Of a DNA stretch of 64,000 nucleotides, positions 25,867 through 39,108 are shown piece by piece (within the stretch, counting starts at the first letter, position 1; the number at the start of each line of letters is the position of its first letter). The stretch comes from Neoconidiobolus thromboides FSU 785 (taxonomy: Eukaryota > Fungi > Entomophthoromycota), in the NCBI GenBank assembly GCA_025603075.1, contig MU626271.1:134785-198784 (forward strand), given 5' to 3'. The position numbers and the translations under genes are program-made. Below the pieces are notes generated by a model. The model was not told where the DNA came from, did not search any database, and saw only the letters and a list, made by a program, of their open reading frames with translations.

Positions 25867-27723
25867 TTAATTAAGATTCTTAATTTGTAATCTTTCTCCA
25901 ATGATATTAATAATAGCTAATGAAGCATCAAGATCCTGTTTAGTGTGTGCTGCTGACAAACAGAATCGAACCCTATCTCTCATCACAGGTGTTGCAGGGT
26001 ATCCAACAACAACAACAGCAATACCAGCTGCCAAACACTCCCTAGAGAATGCAGCAATCTTTGAAGAATGATATATCATCATAGGAATAACAGGTGAACC
26101 ACAAGAACCAATTAAAGTAAAACCCATGGACTTTAATTTAGTGAAAAAATAGTGCGAGTTAAAGGCTAATTGATCCAGACGTTTTTTGCCTTCATGGGGA
26201 TACATTGAGTCTGATTCTCCCATAATTTCTTGCATACTACTAATCGTTTGTTGTAATACTGGAACTGACATGGTTTCACCATAAAGGGAATTATGATTTG
26301 TTACTCTTAAGCGTTGAATTAATGCTTTTGTTCCGGCAATGTATCCTCCAGAAGCTCCAAAACTTTTTGTAAATGTACCCATCATAATATCAATTGATCT
26401 TGGGTCAACTCCTAATAAATCACATACTCCTCGTCCTCGACTTCCTAAAGCTCCTATAGAGTGAGCTTCATCTAAGTAAATATAAAATTTATATTTCTTC
26501 TTTAACTCTAGAATTTCGTTTAATTTCGGGATGGTGCCTTCCATAGAATAAAGCCCTTCAATGACCAACAATATCTTTTTCCAAGGTTTATGGGTTCGAG
26601 GTTGCCCAGAAGCAATCGATTCTCTCAACAATTTTTCAAGCTGTTTAATATCTGTTCGTATACTATTAAATTTTTACACTAGGAAATATATCAAGTTAAC
26701 TTACTGTTATGTTTAAATGGTCGAATAACGGCGCCTGAAATTCTGGATCCGTAAATGAGCGAAGCATGGTTTAATTCATCGGATAATATAAGACATCCTT
26801 TATCAACAATGGTAGGTATAACAGAAGCATTTGTAGAAAATCCCTGAGAAATGATTACAGCGTCTTCAGTACCAACAAATCTAGCAACAAGCTGTTCAGC
26901 CATTACCAATTTTTCAGAATATCCAACCTCACAAGGGGTAGAGTTTGAAGTGACCCCTAACTGGGTAATAGATTCAATCACTTTATCGGTACAATACCCT
27001 TCCTTTTCAGAAAACCCTAAATAATTATAACTTGCTAGATTCATTACTTCGATCGAGTTTCCAGTATATCTGAAATAATTTGTAAATAACTTGGTCGTCA
27101 AATATTGAAACTAAAACTTACTCAAAAGTTAAATTGTAATCGTTAGTTGTACGCTCAAGAATTTTAACTGTACGCCCAGGCACCCCAGTAATAGTGCGTG
27201 CAAAAACATCTCTTATACGTGTATATACATAACGATGAAAACTTCTTTCAAAACCTTCAACTAAAGGTGCATAACCCTAAAAAAATTAACATCATTTTAA
27301 ATCAGTTAATAATAAAAAACCTACATCGCTGTGAGAATAACATTTATACTCTTCTGGTTTAAATATTTTTCCATATAGATCTCGAAAATAGCCAAACAAA
27401 AATAATAAACAATAAGAAAATACGGTGGTGGTATATACAAAGACGCTAAGTTTTTCCGCTTCATTAATAGGCTCTAAGACGAAACTAGTTTTTTTGATGG
27501 CAGGGCTCACATTGGTTTCTTTAGTAGCATACGACTCCAACTGGATACTTGAGGCTCTTTCGCCTTTGATCATGGAGGGCTTAGCTGGCTCAGTGGTTAT
27601 AGAGGTGGAAGACACCTGCTTTTTGCTCTCATTATCAAAGGAGCCTAACTCAATCAATCGTTGCCATTGTGTCTTAAGTTTACTTTCACCACCAATACTA
27701 CTTTTAAATTTGCCTTGCCCCAT
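25867..27723 (-). CDS. LCB2: Serine palmitoyltransferase subunit 2
   Basis: NLASYNYLGF, SDELNHASL, IEGLYSMEG, YLDEAHSIGALG, PLP-lysine motif GTFTKSFGASGG, VVGYPATP, RVRFCLSAAHT; three introns. Confidence 0.97.
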
Positions 27724-29137
27724 TTATTAAAATACAAAGAATTAAAGGTTAAAAAAAGATTGTTTTGACAGTTACTTTTTAACTTTTATAAAGTAAAATC
27801 TGGGGAGATATTATTTTTTATATTTTCGCGCTAGCCCCAAATGCTCCAATAATATTCCAAATTAAGCTCTTTTTACCCTCCGTTAAATCTTAATTTTTTA
27901 ATTTGTGTACTTTAGTACTTTTTTGATTAGTAAGTTATTGTTTCCCTCTTAAATGGCTCGACTTTGATTTGCCTTGATTTCATGGTACTCCAACTTATCT
28001 TTTTTCTTGTTACTAACAGAGGAATAATTAACTTCAATAATGAAACTCAATAATTTATGTAACAAAATACTAGGTTAATAGATAAAGTAAAGATAGAGCA
28101 AAGTGTAACATTATAATGTCTCAATCTATTATGATAATCTATTACTATTTCTTATTTATTTCTTATTATATTTTCATGACTTCATTATTTGGTTACTTTA
28201 ATATTCTCAATTTCTGGTTTCATAAATTTACCCAGCTTATTACCAATCATTTTCTATCCTTTACAAAGTCAAGAACCATGAAATAATCTTCTTGATAAAA
28301 ATTCTTGGTAATAAAAACCTTATCATTTCAATTAAACCCTTGGTATAAATTAGTTTGAGTATTACTAATTAGGTGACAAGTTAATTTGTAAATTAAATTT
28401 TATACTGTTGATTAATTTCAAGTCGGTAGGGTAAACAATATCTGAGTGGATTGAAAATTTTTGATGAAGAGTCTATTTTTATGGCATAAAAGGATTATTA
28501 ATAATTTTATAAATACAAGAACGCTACTAAAACAATTATTAGCAGAAATCTTGAACAAAAAAGGTATTCCTACACTTACCTAACCCTAGTCTCAACTTTT
28601 ATACTAACCCTTATATAAATAATAAAGTCGTTATTCTTATATAAAATTTAATATGACATTTTAATTTTGAAACTGATATAAAATCATTTACTCTTTAAAA
28701 ACTAGCTGCAACTACTTCTTTAACCACTTGAATACCATGGATAAACATTGGTTGCATGGCTTAAATCAAGCTAACCTTTTGAGTATTAAGTTTCAAAAAA
28801 CTGATCCAATTGGGGCATAAAATCGTTGGAATCATGATACAATCGCATAAAAAAAATTGAGGCGTCTGGCACTCAAAGGGTTAACTCAGCTATCTATTCC
28901 TTTTTGATTGGAATTTGATTTGTATAAAAATGGCTAATGTTTTATCCGAACAACTTATTTGCATCTACTGATTCTTAAAATTTCCTGATGTTCTTGCATA
29001 ATGAAAAGAGTAAAATATTGAGAAATAGTTAGGAGTTCGACTTTTGTTGAGAGTAATATTTTTCTCCAACCCTTCAACATTCAAGGTAAATGAAAAAACT
29101 ATTTTAAATAAAGCTATAATATTGATAAAAATAATAT

Positions 29138-29234
29138 GGGGATGTTTTTTTGGCTTCATCATTTTTTCCATTTTTAAGTACTATTTGAGTGGAAAAATTG
29201 TTAGTAAAATTCTTAAACATAAAAATACATCCCC
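29138..29234 (-). mobile_element. 98-bp MITE copy 13
   Basis: Near-perfect TIRs, ATAT/ATAT. Confidence 0.92.
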
Positions 29235-29467
29235 ATATATTTAAGTTACTTTAAATACCAATTTACTTTATCTATTTTCATTCTAATTTGTATATCCTAT
29301 ACTATTTGATCAATAAATGTTTAAAAATCGAAGTAATAGGATTAAACCCAACTCATAAGACAAAAACATACTACTCAACACTCAACCACATAATGCAAGT
29401 ATCAAAAACTTAAATTGCATAAATAATTTTTTATTTTTTTGGTTTTTTGTTAGTAAATAGATAAAAT

Positions 29468-31321
29468 TTAATGAGAAGCTGAAGTTGTAGTACGATTTGA
29501 AGGTAATGAAGTACTTTTAGAGGGCAATGAAGTATGCTTGGGTGGCAAAGTGCCTTTAGTAGGTGGTACATTATTTTTAGGAGGTAGTAAAGCATTTTTA
29601 GATGACAATGGGATATTTGTAGAAAGTTGTGAAGCACGCTTAGAAAGTGGTAGTTCACCAGTTTCTTCTTCATCATGACCACGTTTAACTGAAGGTTTGT
29701 TAGCCTTTGGTCCAAGCACTGGTTTTATTTTTGGTGTCTTTTTTTCAAATATGCATTTGGGTAGCTGATCAACTTTATAATTAACAATGGCAGTCCACTT
29801 ATCTGGATACTCGGGGTCAGGTTGTTGTTTATATAAAGATCGAATGTATGCTTTTTGTGAGTCAAGTTTATCTACTTCGCTGGCCGATTCTGCTTTAACT
29901 CCAATCCCAACATAAAAAGAGGTGACATACAATGTTTTGTAGATTTCATTTGGTGGTAGATCTTTATTGTCAGGTGTGGCATCAAGTTTTCCAGCTTTAA
30001 CCGATTCCATCTCTTCTTCATTCTTACATTTATGTACAGTTGACATTGATTCAGATCTAATATGAAGCACCTCTATATACCACTCTAAGTCGAGGTACTC
30101 TGTAAACTTACGCACTCTGGATTCTAAGAGACCTGCATAATCACCATGCGAAGTTTCTTCACTTGTTATAGCTGATATTTGAACATAATGAGAATATTTT
30201 TTAAAAAAGTTTGATGGCGTAAGAAGCTTATTCCATGGAATTTCTTGGTTCGTAGCTCTAAGAGCAAATTCGGATCCTCTTAAAAGCTCGCATAATAAAA
30301 TAACATGCGACGACCTGGTAACATTATGAGTACAACACATAGTAGGATAAGCTGGGGTAATGATTGGCATCCTATGACCTAAATCAGTACCATTAGTAGA
30401 GGGATCCCACGAACCTTTAGCTATTTGTCCATTTAGTTGATATTGAAAATCAGTTAAAATCATTGGATGAGGCCAATCCCAAATTGAGGCAATTCTAAAA
30501 TATTCATAAATGGCTCGAGCTGCAGTAGCATTAGGAAAAAGTTGACAAACACGTGCCACTGAAATAGCCCAAGCTACGCCACCAAAATAGCCCATAACAT
30601 TGGAAGTAAGCCCTCTCATTTTTGCCCATAATTTTATAAAACGAAGTGCTATTTGAAATACTGGGACATTGGGTACAAGCTTCATTATAAGGGCAGCAAC
30701 TCGACGCCCATTCACACTCTTCGTATAATCTTCACTACACAACATATCCAAAGGCATAGTACCCAAATCAAAATCTTCAGGGATAATATCGTATTTAACT
30801 GAAGCAAAAATAAGATCAATGGGGATACCAAAGAACTTTAATTTGACAAGTGGTACGTAAGCACCAACCACCGAACTAACTTCAGTGATGTAATTTTTCC
30901 CTTTAAGAAAATTATAAAACCCAGTAAAGAAATCATCTTTGTCAATATAACTAGGAGTGACACATAGCGCATCAATATCAGAAGTAATATTATGGGCACC
31001 AAGAGCATACGAACCAAACGGAAGGATTTGGGAGTTATTTGCTTTTGCTATTTCAGGATTTTCTTCTTTTTTAATGCCTATCTCAGCTACATACTCCCTT
31101 AGATAAAGGGTAAGCATTCTTAGTGCTTTTTCTTTGTTCGTTGAGTCAGTAGCATTTGGGATGCAGCCATTCTTTTCAAGCAGCTTAATTACCTCTTTAG
31201 TGGCGTGTAACTCGGGTTCTGTTGGGTCTTTCAAATCTAAGGGATGAGATACACCATGGAACTCAGTCACTCTTTTCCCATCAATAAATATATATGGCAA
31301 TTCATCATTTTCAATATTCAT
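29468..31321 (-). CDS. PAP1: Canonical-type poly(A) polymerase, intronless and divergent
   Basis: PFGSYALG...SDIDALCV, AYVPLVKLKFFGIPIDLIFA, ALRFIKLWAK, GGVAWAISVARVCQLFPNA, MPIITPAYP; single 617-aa ORF. Confidence 0.95.
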   Translation of the reverse strand: MNIENDELPYIFIDGKRVTEFHGVSHPLDLKDPTEPELHATKEVIKLLEKNGCIPNATDSTNKEKALRMLTLYLREYVAEIGIKKEENPEIAKANNSQILPFGSYALGAHNITSDIDALCVTPSYIDKDDFFTGFYNFLKGKNYITEVSSVVGAYVPLVKLKFFGIPIDLIFASVKYDIIPEDFDLGTMPLDMLCSEDYTKSVNGRRVAALIMKLVPNVPVFQIALRFIKLWAKMRGLTSNVMGYFGGVAWAISVARVCQLFPNATAARAIYEYFRIASIWDWPHPMILTDFQYQLNGQIAKGSWDPSTNGTDLGHRMPIITPAYPTMCCTHNVTRSSHVILLCELLRGSEFALRATNQEIPWNKLLTPSNFFKKYSHYVQISAITSEETSHGDYAGLLESRVRKFTEYLDLEWYIEVLHIRSESMSTVHKCKNEEEMESVKAGKLDATPDNKDLPPNEIYKTLYVTSFYVGIGVKAESASEVDKLDSQKAYIRSLYKQQPDPEYPDKWTAIVNYKVDQLPKCIFEKKTPKIKPVLGPKANKPSVKRGHDEEETGELPLSKRASQLSTNIPLSSKNALLPPKNNVPPTKGTLPPKHTSLPSKSTSLPSNRTTTSASH

Positions 31322-32029
31322 CTTAGAATTTTAATGAAATTCAAACACTGATTGAAGGATAATCAAAAATCAAATAAAATTATGAAAAAAATAAACTAAA
31401 ATTTACCATTTTTTCACAGCTCAAGTTCAGATTTTGCTTAAAGTAGGCTAAACTAATTCTAGCCAATCAAATTTTACATGAATATTAAATTTCGTTTTTT
31501 GTTCCTTCTCCTTAATCTTCTAAAAAAATAAGTTAAAAGCTATTCTTTTTTAAAAAAGAATTAATAACAATAAACTAAATACATGTATATTAGGTATCAA
31601 AGTAAAGTGGATATATGATTTATATAGGTATTATTTTATTACTAAAACAAAATTTATGAGCTTGATTTTAGTATAAAAATTAAGGACTCTTTCTATAAGA
31701 ACACCTACAAAACATAAAAGATAAAAAGTCATTATTTATTTAATCACCAACTATTCTTATATTAAGTTTTAAACAAACGTAATATTGGAATAACAATTAG
31801 ATAATTCAAACCATTATTAATAAATTAATTTGAAATTAAAAAGGAGCTATTAGATAACATTTGAACCTATAAACCCAATTGAACGATAATAAATTTTAAA
31901 GCCAAAATAAAAGTATATTTAATAATAGTAAAAATAAAAGTACTTAAAGAGATAACTCTTAAGGTATTGCTCTTGAGATTATTTAGATTTCAACAATCAC
32001 ACTTAGTTAATAATTGGTAACTCAGTTAC

Positions 32030-33256
32030 TCATACTGTAAACTTAAGCTGCGAAAGTAACTTTCTATGAATACAAGTTTGTTCATCTACAAATCGATCAA
32101 TTTCGTCTTTAATTTCTGGATTATTAGGATTATCAGTTGCACTTTGAAAAAGTTGTCTAGTTTGTGGCGTTGGTTCTGGAAGTGGAAATGGGGTTGTTTG
32201 AGGAATTCTATTTTCTCCACTATTGGCAAGGTAATTAATTAAGGAAGTATGGATTTCTTTTTCTCTAGAATAATATTCTGCTGGAGATATCTTACTAAAC
32301 TCATTACTTGGATCAACTAAGGCTAAAAACGCTTTTAAATCCATACCATCATAATGTATATCATTGTGTGCACTGCGAGTTTGTTCAGATGTGTTATGGT
32401 TTCCAAATGATCCCAAGTTGTTTTCGCGAATCGTATTCCTTGGTGTTGATATTTGTGGGATGTTTACTTCATTACTATATTGATACGTTTGCTCGTTAAC
32501 GCTATTGTATATATCTCTTTGTTCGTTATAGTTTCTATTAAAATTATTATATGGACGATTGGTTTCAAATGATCTTTTAGGTTCATTATAGTGTGCGTTA
32601 TTTCTTGAATAAATTTCATTTTCTTTGATATTTAAACTACGATTGTATAAAGTTCGTTCTGATAAATAGTTTTTTGGTTCATTGGAATTGCTTTCAACAT
32701 TTGCAGGGAGAATCAGCTTATCCTTAATATTTTCCTTTTTAGAATGCTCAGGACGAGGTTTAATAAAAGCATTAGTAATGGGCAAATTACTGTTTGCTTC
32801 ATCACCGTTCGCAGCAGCTATTTTTTTTGCTTGGTTGGATATACGATGAATGTTTGATAGTAAGTCTTCTCTACTTCTTTTAAAATAAGGATGTTCAAAC
32901 CAGCTTGAATCCAAATTAGTACCTCTAGTTTTTCTTCCATCACTGATCCTTTTAAATCCATACATCTAAAACAACAATTAAAAACAAAAAGTTTGATTTT
33001 AAAAAATTATTTACATTCAATTGACGAACAAAAGAGTTAAAGGAAGCGTTCTTAAAATAGTTTGGAAACAACTCCTCTTGAAATGCTTTTTGAGACTTGA
33101 TTACAAAATTGTCTCCTGCATCGCACCAGCCTACTAAATGTACATATTCTTGGCTATGAAGAAGACTAAAATCTATGAATAAAAAGTAAATAGACCCAAA
33201 GTAATTACTTACTTGTACATCTTTTTAGCGAATGATGACACTTCTATTTCTCTCAT
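32030..33256 (-). CDS. HSF-type DNA-binding-domain transcription factor
   Basis: Spliced SSFAKKMYN / LL...VGWCDAGDNFVI...FQEELFPNYFKNASFNSFVRQLN / MYGFKRIS...FEHPYFKR. Confidence 0.92.
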
Positions 33257-34302
33257 ATTTTGTTTTGCTATATGCTAATATCTTATATATACTGTTCTTT
33301 TACTTAAATACTTTTAAAGTAATCAAACAAAGTTCTATGTTCTATTTTTAATTTTATTCACTAAGCTGAAGGCTTTTTATTGGTTGGGATCATACTAAAA
33401 ATTTTATTTGAATTTGCTTTTCATTTTTTAAGCCCAAAATGTTCCATTTATAATCATTATTTTTTAAACTCGTTACTAATCATACTGTAATATTTTATAT
33501 CATATTGTAATAAGTTTTTAGGCTATAGTTTTATAATATAAAGCAAATTAAAACTAATAGTTTTGATACTTATTTTTTTATTATCATTTTATTACTATTT
33601 CAACATCAAGTATTGACTTTATATTGTTTTCTTAAATTAAAATTTAATCCCTTATCATGTTAAAAACTTGTTAAATTATAAATTAAAAAACCTGATACAA
33701 TGTATTAATTTTATTTATATAATAAATTAAAATGAACATTCGTAAATGGAACTATATTCTTCAATGACGTTTACCTCATTTTATTTAAAAAATCAAAATT
33801 ACTTTTTGCTTATAATAGTTTACTTTTTTATTAAATGGAAATAAAAACTTTTAAAAATAATACTAAAACTTTATCCAATACAGAAGATTTAATCTTTTTA
33901 CAACTTACTGAAATATTATCATATGAGAACAAGATCTAAGCCTTCTTTCTAATATTTTATATTTTATTTGATGACTAAAATAATAAATAGTGATAAAAGT
34001 AAAAAAAACTCATCATTAAAAATTATCATTATTAATGTTTGGAATAAACCTTTATTAAATAATACATATCTAGTATTTTCATTTAAACAAAATCATGACA
34101 AGATAGCAAAAAACTCATTTGTTTATATTAATTTTATACACTTTATTACCGTTCTTGTATTATGTCCTAAACAGAACAATATACTTATAAAATAAAATAT
34201 CATGTTAAAAACTTAAGATGTAATATTCGAAAAAAATAAAGTGGTAAAAGCAAAATGCTTACTATACAACAACAATTATAAACAACTAAAAAATTACTAT
34301 AT

Positions 34303-34391
34303 GGGGATGTATTTAAGGATTTTACTAACAAGTTTTCCACTCAAATAGCGCTTAAAAGATGGAAAAGTAATGAAGCCAAAAAAACACCCCC
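34303..34391 (+). mobile_element. 98-bp MITE copy 14 (about 10-bp internal deletion)
   Basis: Deletion between two GTATTT direct repeats; ATAT/ATAT. Confidence 0.88.
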
Positions 34392-34714
34392 ATATAATTA
34401 AATAGTAGTGAAAAAAAGAATAAAGTTAATGGAATGACAATTAGGCTTAATATATTAAAATTGATTTTTAAGAGTGTAAAAACAAGGAAATAATAAAAAA
34501 GTGTATATTAGGTTTTATATAAAAGTTTTTTATAAAGGTACTTTAATACATATTAATTTTGTTATTGTTTTTTAATATTGTCTAATGCAATAGCTGGTAA
34601 ATTATCTTGCTCTATTTTGATCAGTTTAATAGTTTATTAAACAACAAATTACTCTTTTTAATTATAGTAAAAAGATTAAGAAATAATCATAATTGTTTTA
34701 TTTAATAAATGATA

Positions 34715-36275
34715 TCAACTATTATTGATAATAGATTTAGAAAGATAGCAATTAAAAAAAGCAACTCCAGCCAAGATTATAAGGGACGGATTTAAAATAT
34801 TAAAATAATAATTTTTCATTGCACTAAAGTAAACAAATAAAGGATCTAAAGTAATAGATGCTTGAATCAAATCGAGAATACTATAACCACCGAATGCTAG
34901 ACCAAACACAGCAAATTTACCTATATTTATATCTTTTACTTTAGATAATAACAAAATTATTGAAAGATTAGAATATAAGAAGCATACAGGTAAAGATATA
35001 AAAGTCAAGTTAACTAATAAAACAAAGAGAAAAGTAGGAAGAATGGACTGTAAAAAATTGATTACAATCATACAAATAAATTCAATGACAATTATACTGT
35101 AAGTAATATTATAAATATAGCTTGAATTAAATTTGTTTAAAATAGTGGGTAAATAAAGATAACTTAAAAGCAAAGTTCCTACTACAAAAAGAAGTAAGGT
35201 GGGAAAAGGGCCTTCAAAGGTTATACCTAAGCCACCCATTTTGGTGTCAACCATATACCATGCTGGGAGACTTGTCATCAGATTCACAATTAAAAATTGA
35301 TTCAATATATATGAAATAATTAAAAGTGAAGTTTTTTTAGTAAGTAATTTAAGTGCAAAGTAATAATATAGAACATTTTGGGACGAATTAATAGAATCGT
35401 AATTGTTGTTATCCATATCATTAACTAATGTTTGAGTTTCGTCACTTTCAGTCAGAAGTGAAATAGTATCTAATTTATCCTCCGAAGGTAATAATAAAGA
35501 ATTAGAACAATAACCAAGTATCATAAATATAATGGCATTGCATAAAGCTGGAAATAATAAAGGATATTGAAGGAATATTAATTTAAGAGTAAACCAATTT
35601 GGGATTTGATTTCTGTAAGACCCAAAAAATAAACTTACAACATACCATAATGAATAGGTAAACAAGTTACTAAAAAATAATAGTGTATATGCAAAACCTA
35701 TAATTAATTAATACAATAATCTCCATATGATAAATATATATACTTTGATATTTTGATTGATAAATAATTGATATAAGCCCATAAGGAATAGTCTCTAATC
35801 CATTAGATAAACCTAGATTAAGTAAAATAACACGAATAGAAAAGAGATTTGGTGATATGGATAAAAGTACTACTAAGATAGATGCTGCATAAATTGATGA
35901 AGGTACAGTTTTTTTGGCTCCATATTTATCAGTCAAATAGCTAACAAAAATTATAGCTATAGGTACCATATATTTAAAATAATTAAAACTTGACACAATG
36001 TAGAGGTACATTTCATGCTAATCATGTGGAGCGCCCCCCAACTCGATTAAAGCCTAATAATTTTATTAGTTTATAGAATTGAATTATCATTAGGTTTACA
36101 ATTCTATGAAGAGTTTCAATAAATAGTTTAAACGCTTTAACAAGGCCATATAATAAAAGTATTTTTAAATAACTTAAATCTGGAAAGTAAGAGGAATCTA
36201 GTTGTGGTTTGTTAAAACTTTATATTCTATTATATTCTATTATATTCTATTATTACTAGTTATCATTGAAGTCAT
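34715..36275 (-). pseudogene. MFS-like transporter paralog 1 with a single in-frame TAG
   Basis: Same three-intron structure as paralogs 2 and 3; reads ALIELGGAPHD*HEMYLYIVS with TAG at 36018-36020 where paralog 3 has Arg; remainder open. Confidence 0.6.
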
Positions 36276-36908
36276 TTTAAGAAAAATAGAATAAATCAAA
36301 ATAGAAAGGTTGTTTTATTTTATATGTATCAAATTACTATACTAAGCTAAACACTTAGTTAACTTCCCTTGGCATCAACTTACCTTCACCCTTGATTGCC
36401 ACTGTATCGTCATTCCTTGGACCACATGGTTCTTTAGCTCAGGTTAAAGCTGAAATAAGAAAATTGTATTTTTTATCTAATACTACTTTCGGAAAATTAA
36501 AGTCTTTTTATATCATTTAACTAGATTTCAATTAATTTTGAAAAACAATTTTTCACATTCTAAAGTTATTCCCTATTCTAATAAATTGAAACTTAAAACA
36601 AAAGCACTTCAATTATCGTATATAATTGAATTCTTCAATATAATTTGTTTATAAACACAAAAGTCTTTTTTAACACCAATTTAGTGTAGTAAATATAATG
36701 TTATTTGAAAATTAATTTTTCATTTTTCAATTTTTAAAATCTTAAGCAATCAAGGCATTAATTTTATATTAATTCTCAACCATCAAATTTAAAATTTAAA
36801 AACAACCAATAAGACACCTTTAAATTAACAAGAACCCCAAAAAAGCTGAATATAAAAATAACTTTGGGAACTTCGACTATTCCTTGTTAATACAATTAAA
36901 GATCAAGT

Positions 36909-38594
36909 ATGGCAATTGAGGATAAAAAATTAGATAAAAAGGTGAAGAATGAGGTAGAGGGCAAAAAAGATAAAAGTAAAAAAGAAAAGAAAAATAAAGC
37001 TAAAAAAGAAAAGAAAGAAAACAAACGCAAAGTAGAAGAAGAGAGTGATAAAGAAAATGATAGTAACTCAGAATTAGACAAAAAAGCAAAGAAAGAAAAA
37101 AGTAGTGAGATTGAAGCCAAGGCTAATAACAACAGTAATGAAAGTGGTACTTATGTTGAGCACGAAGAAACAAGTAAATTAAGTACCGATGATATTCAAA
37201 AGTTCCGTGAAAAGAATAGTATTACTTATAATGGGGATAAAGATTATAAACCAATTCTAAAATTCAATTATGCTGGTTTTTCTTCTGAAATTTTAGAATA
37301 TTGTAAAAATTTTAAAGAACCAACCCCAATTCAAAGCTCATGTTGGCCAATTATTTTGAATAATAGAGACGTAGTTGGTATTGCTCAAACTGGGTAAGTA
37401 ATTATTGTAAAAAAGTCATAATTTTTTATTTATTTTCATTTATTAGTTCTGGTAAAACATTAGCTTTTACTTTGCCAGCGCTTATGCACATCAAAAGAAC
37501 TGGGAAGATGAAGTCAAAGCTACCAACTGTCCTGATTTTAGCTCCAACTAGAGAGTTAGCTATGCAATCTTATGAAATTTGTGAAAAGGTAGGGCAGATG
37601 TTTGGTATCAGAAGTACTTGTATTTATGGAGGTGTACCAAAAGATAGTCAAAGAAGAGATTTAAAGAAAGGAGTACAAATCATTATAGCTACCCCAGGAA
37701 GATTGTTAGATTTAATTGAAGACAATAGTTGCGATATAAGTCAAGTAAACTATTTAGTCTTAGATGAAGCTGATAGAATGTTGGACTTTGGGTTTGAACC
37801 AGCTATCCGTAGTTTAATTTCAAAGATCCATAGTAAAAGACAAACCGTTATGTTGTCCGCTACTTGGCCAGAAACTATTCGTAAGTTGGCTAATGAATTT
37901 TTAAGTAAGCCCATCCATGTTACAATCGGTTCTGAAGATTTAGCAGTATCGCATAATGTTACTCAAATTGTTGAAGTATTAGATGATCCATTTGCAAAAG
38001 ATAGAAAGTTGATTGAAATACTTCGAAACTATCACAAAAGTAGAGAAAATCGAGTTTTAGTATTTGTTTTATATAAAAAAGAAGCAGTACGTGTTGAACA
38101 AAGTTTACGTTATAAAGGATACAAAGTTGCGGTAATTAACTTAGTTTATTGATTTATTAGTTTTTTAACTTAATTCTACTTAGGCTATTCAAGGTGATTT
38201 AAGTCAAAACCAAAGAACCGAAGCTTTAGCCAGATTTAAGGATGGTACTTGTCCATTATTAATTGCTACTGATGTGGCAGCAAGAGGGTTAGATATTCCT
38301 AAAGTAGAATATGTAATTAATTACACTTTTCCATTAACCATTGATGATTATGTACATCGTATTGGACGTACAGGTAGAGCAGGGAATAAAGGAATTTCAC
38401 ATACCTTTTTTACGGCTCATGATAAACAGCATTCTGGAGCATTAATTAATGTATTGAAATCAGCAAATCAAGATGTACCAGAAAATTTATTAAAGTTTGG
38501 TACTACAGTTAAAAAGAAGGAACATAAAGCATATGGTGCTTTCTTTAAAGACATCGACGAGAATGCTAAACCTACTAAAATTGTGTTTGATTGA
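36909..38594 (+). CDS. DBP3: DEAD-box RNA helicase Dbp3
   Basis: Lys-rich N-terminus, [55 protein letters not shown]-terminal [14 protein letters not shown]...KIVFD. Confidence 0.97.
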
Positions 38595-39108
38595 TTATGA
38601 GATAGAACTATAGAATAGTAGTAAATTAATATAGATGATGTTATACTATGTTTAAGTTTATTATTATTTATTTCACTTTTTATTGTCCCTTATAGATTTT
38701 TATGTTCATAGTTATCTGTGTAATATAGATTGATAGTAAATAAATATATTCTATTATAAGTTTTGCTATACTTTATGCTAATAATATTCGTTTAATTTAT
38801 ATAATTAAAGCATTCTTTTGTTTTAATAATAGTATTTTAGGCTAAAAATCAATATCAATAAATGTATAGATTAAAGGAACTTATCTAACCTTAAAAACAA
38901 ACAACTTATTTATCTAACGCTATACTAATAATACTTTTTGTGGTACTTTTTATTTGTAATTATTTATACTATATTCTTTTCATTTGTTATTGTCTCTCCA
39001 ATCAATAGATAGCCCGCATTTTTATGCAGTTTAGAAATGAGTATTAATTCCAAATATTCGCTAATTAACAAAAGCTTGTTATTTAAACAAGCACAGAAAT
39101 AATACAAA

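Noticed and set aside
27823-27831. E2F-like TTTTCGCGC upstream of LCB2
   Set aside because: Single short motif with no supporting context.
28868-28886. piggyBac-like end TTAACCCTTTGAGTG on the minus strand
   Set aside because: No matching opposite TIR found.
29044-29244. Short hydrophobic ORFs overlapping MITEs (also 6225-6407, 7323-7550, 28965-29171, 52520-52705)
   Set aside because: Their shared peptide (YLSGKIVSKILK) is simply translated MITE sequence.
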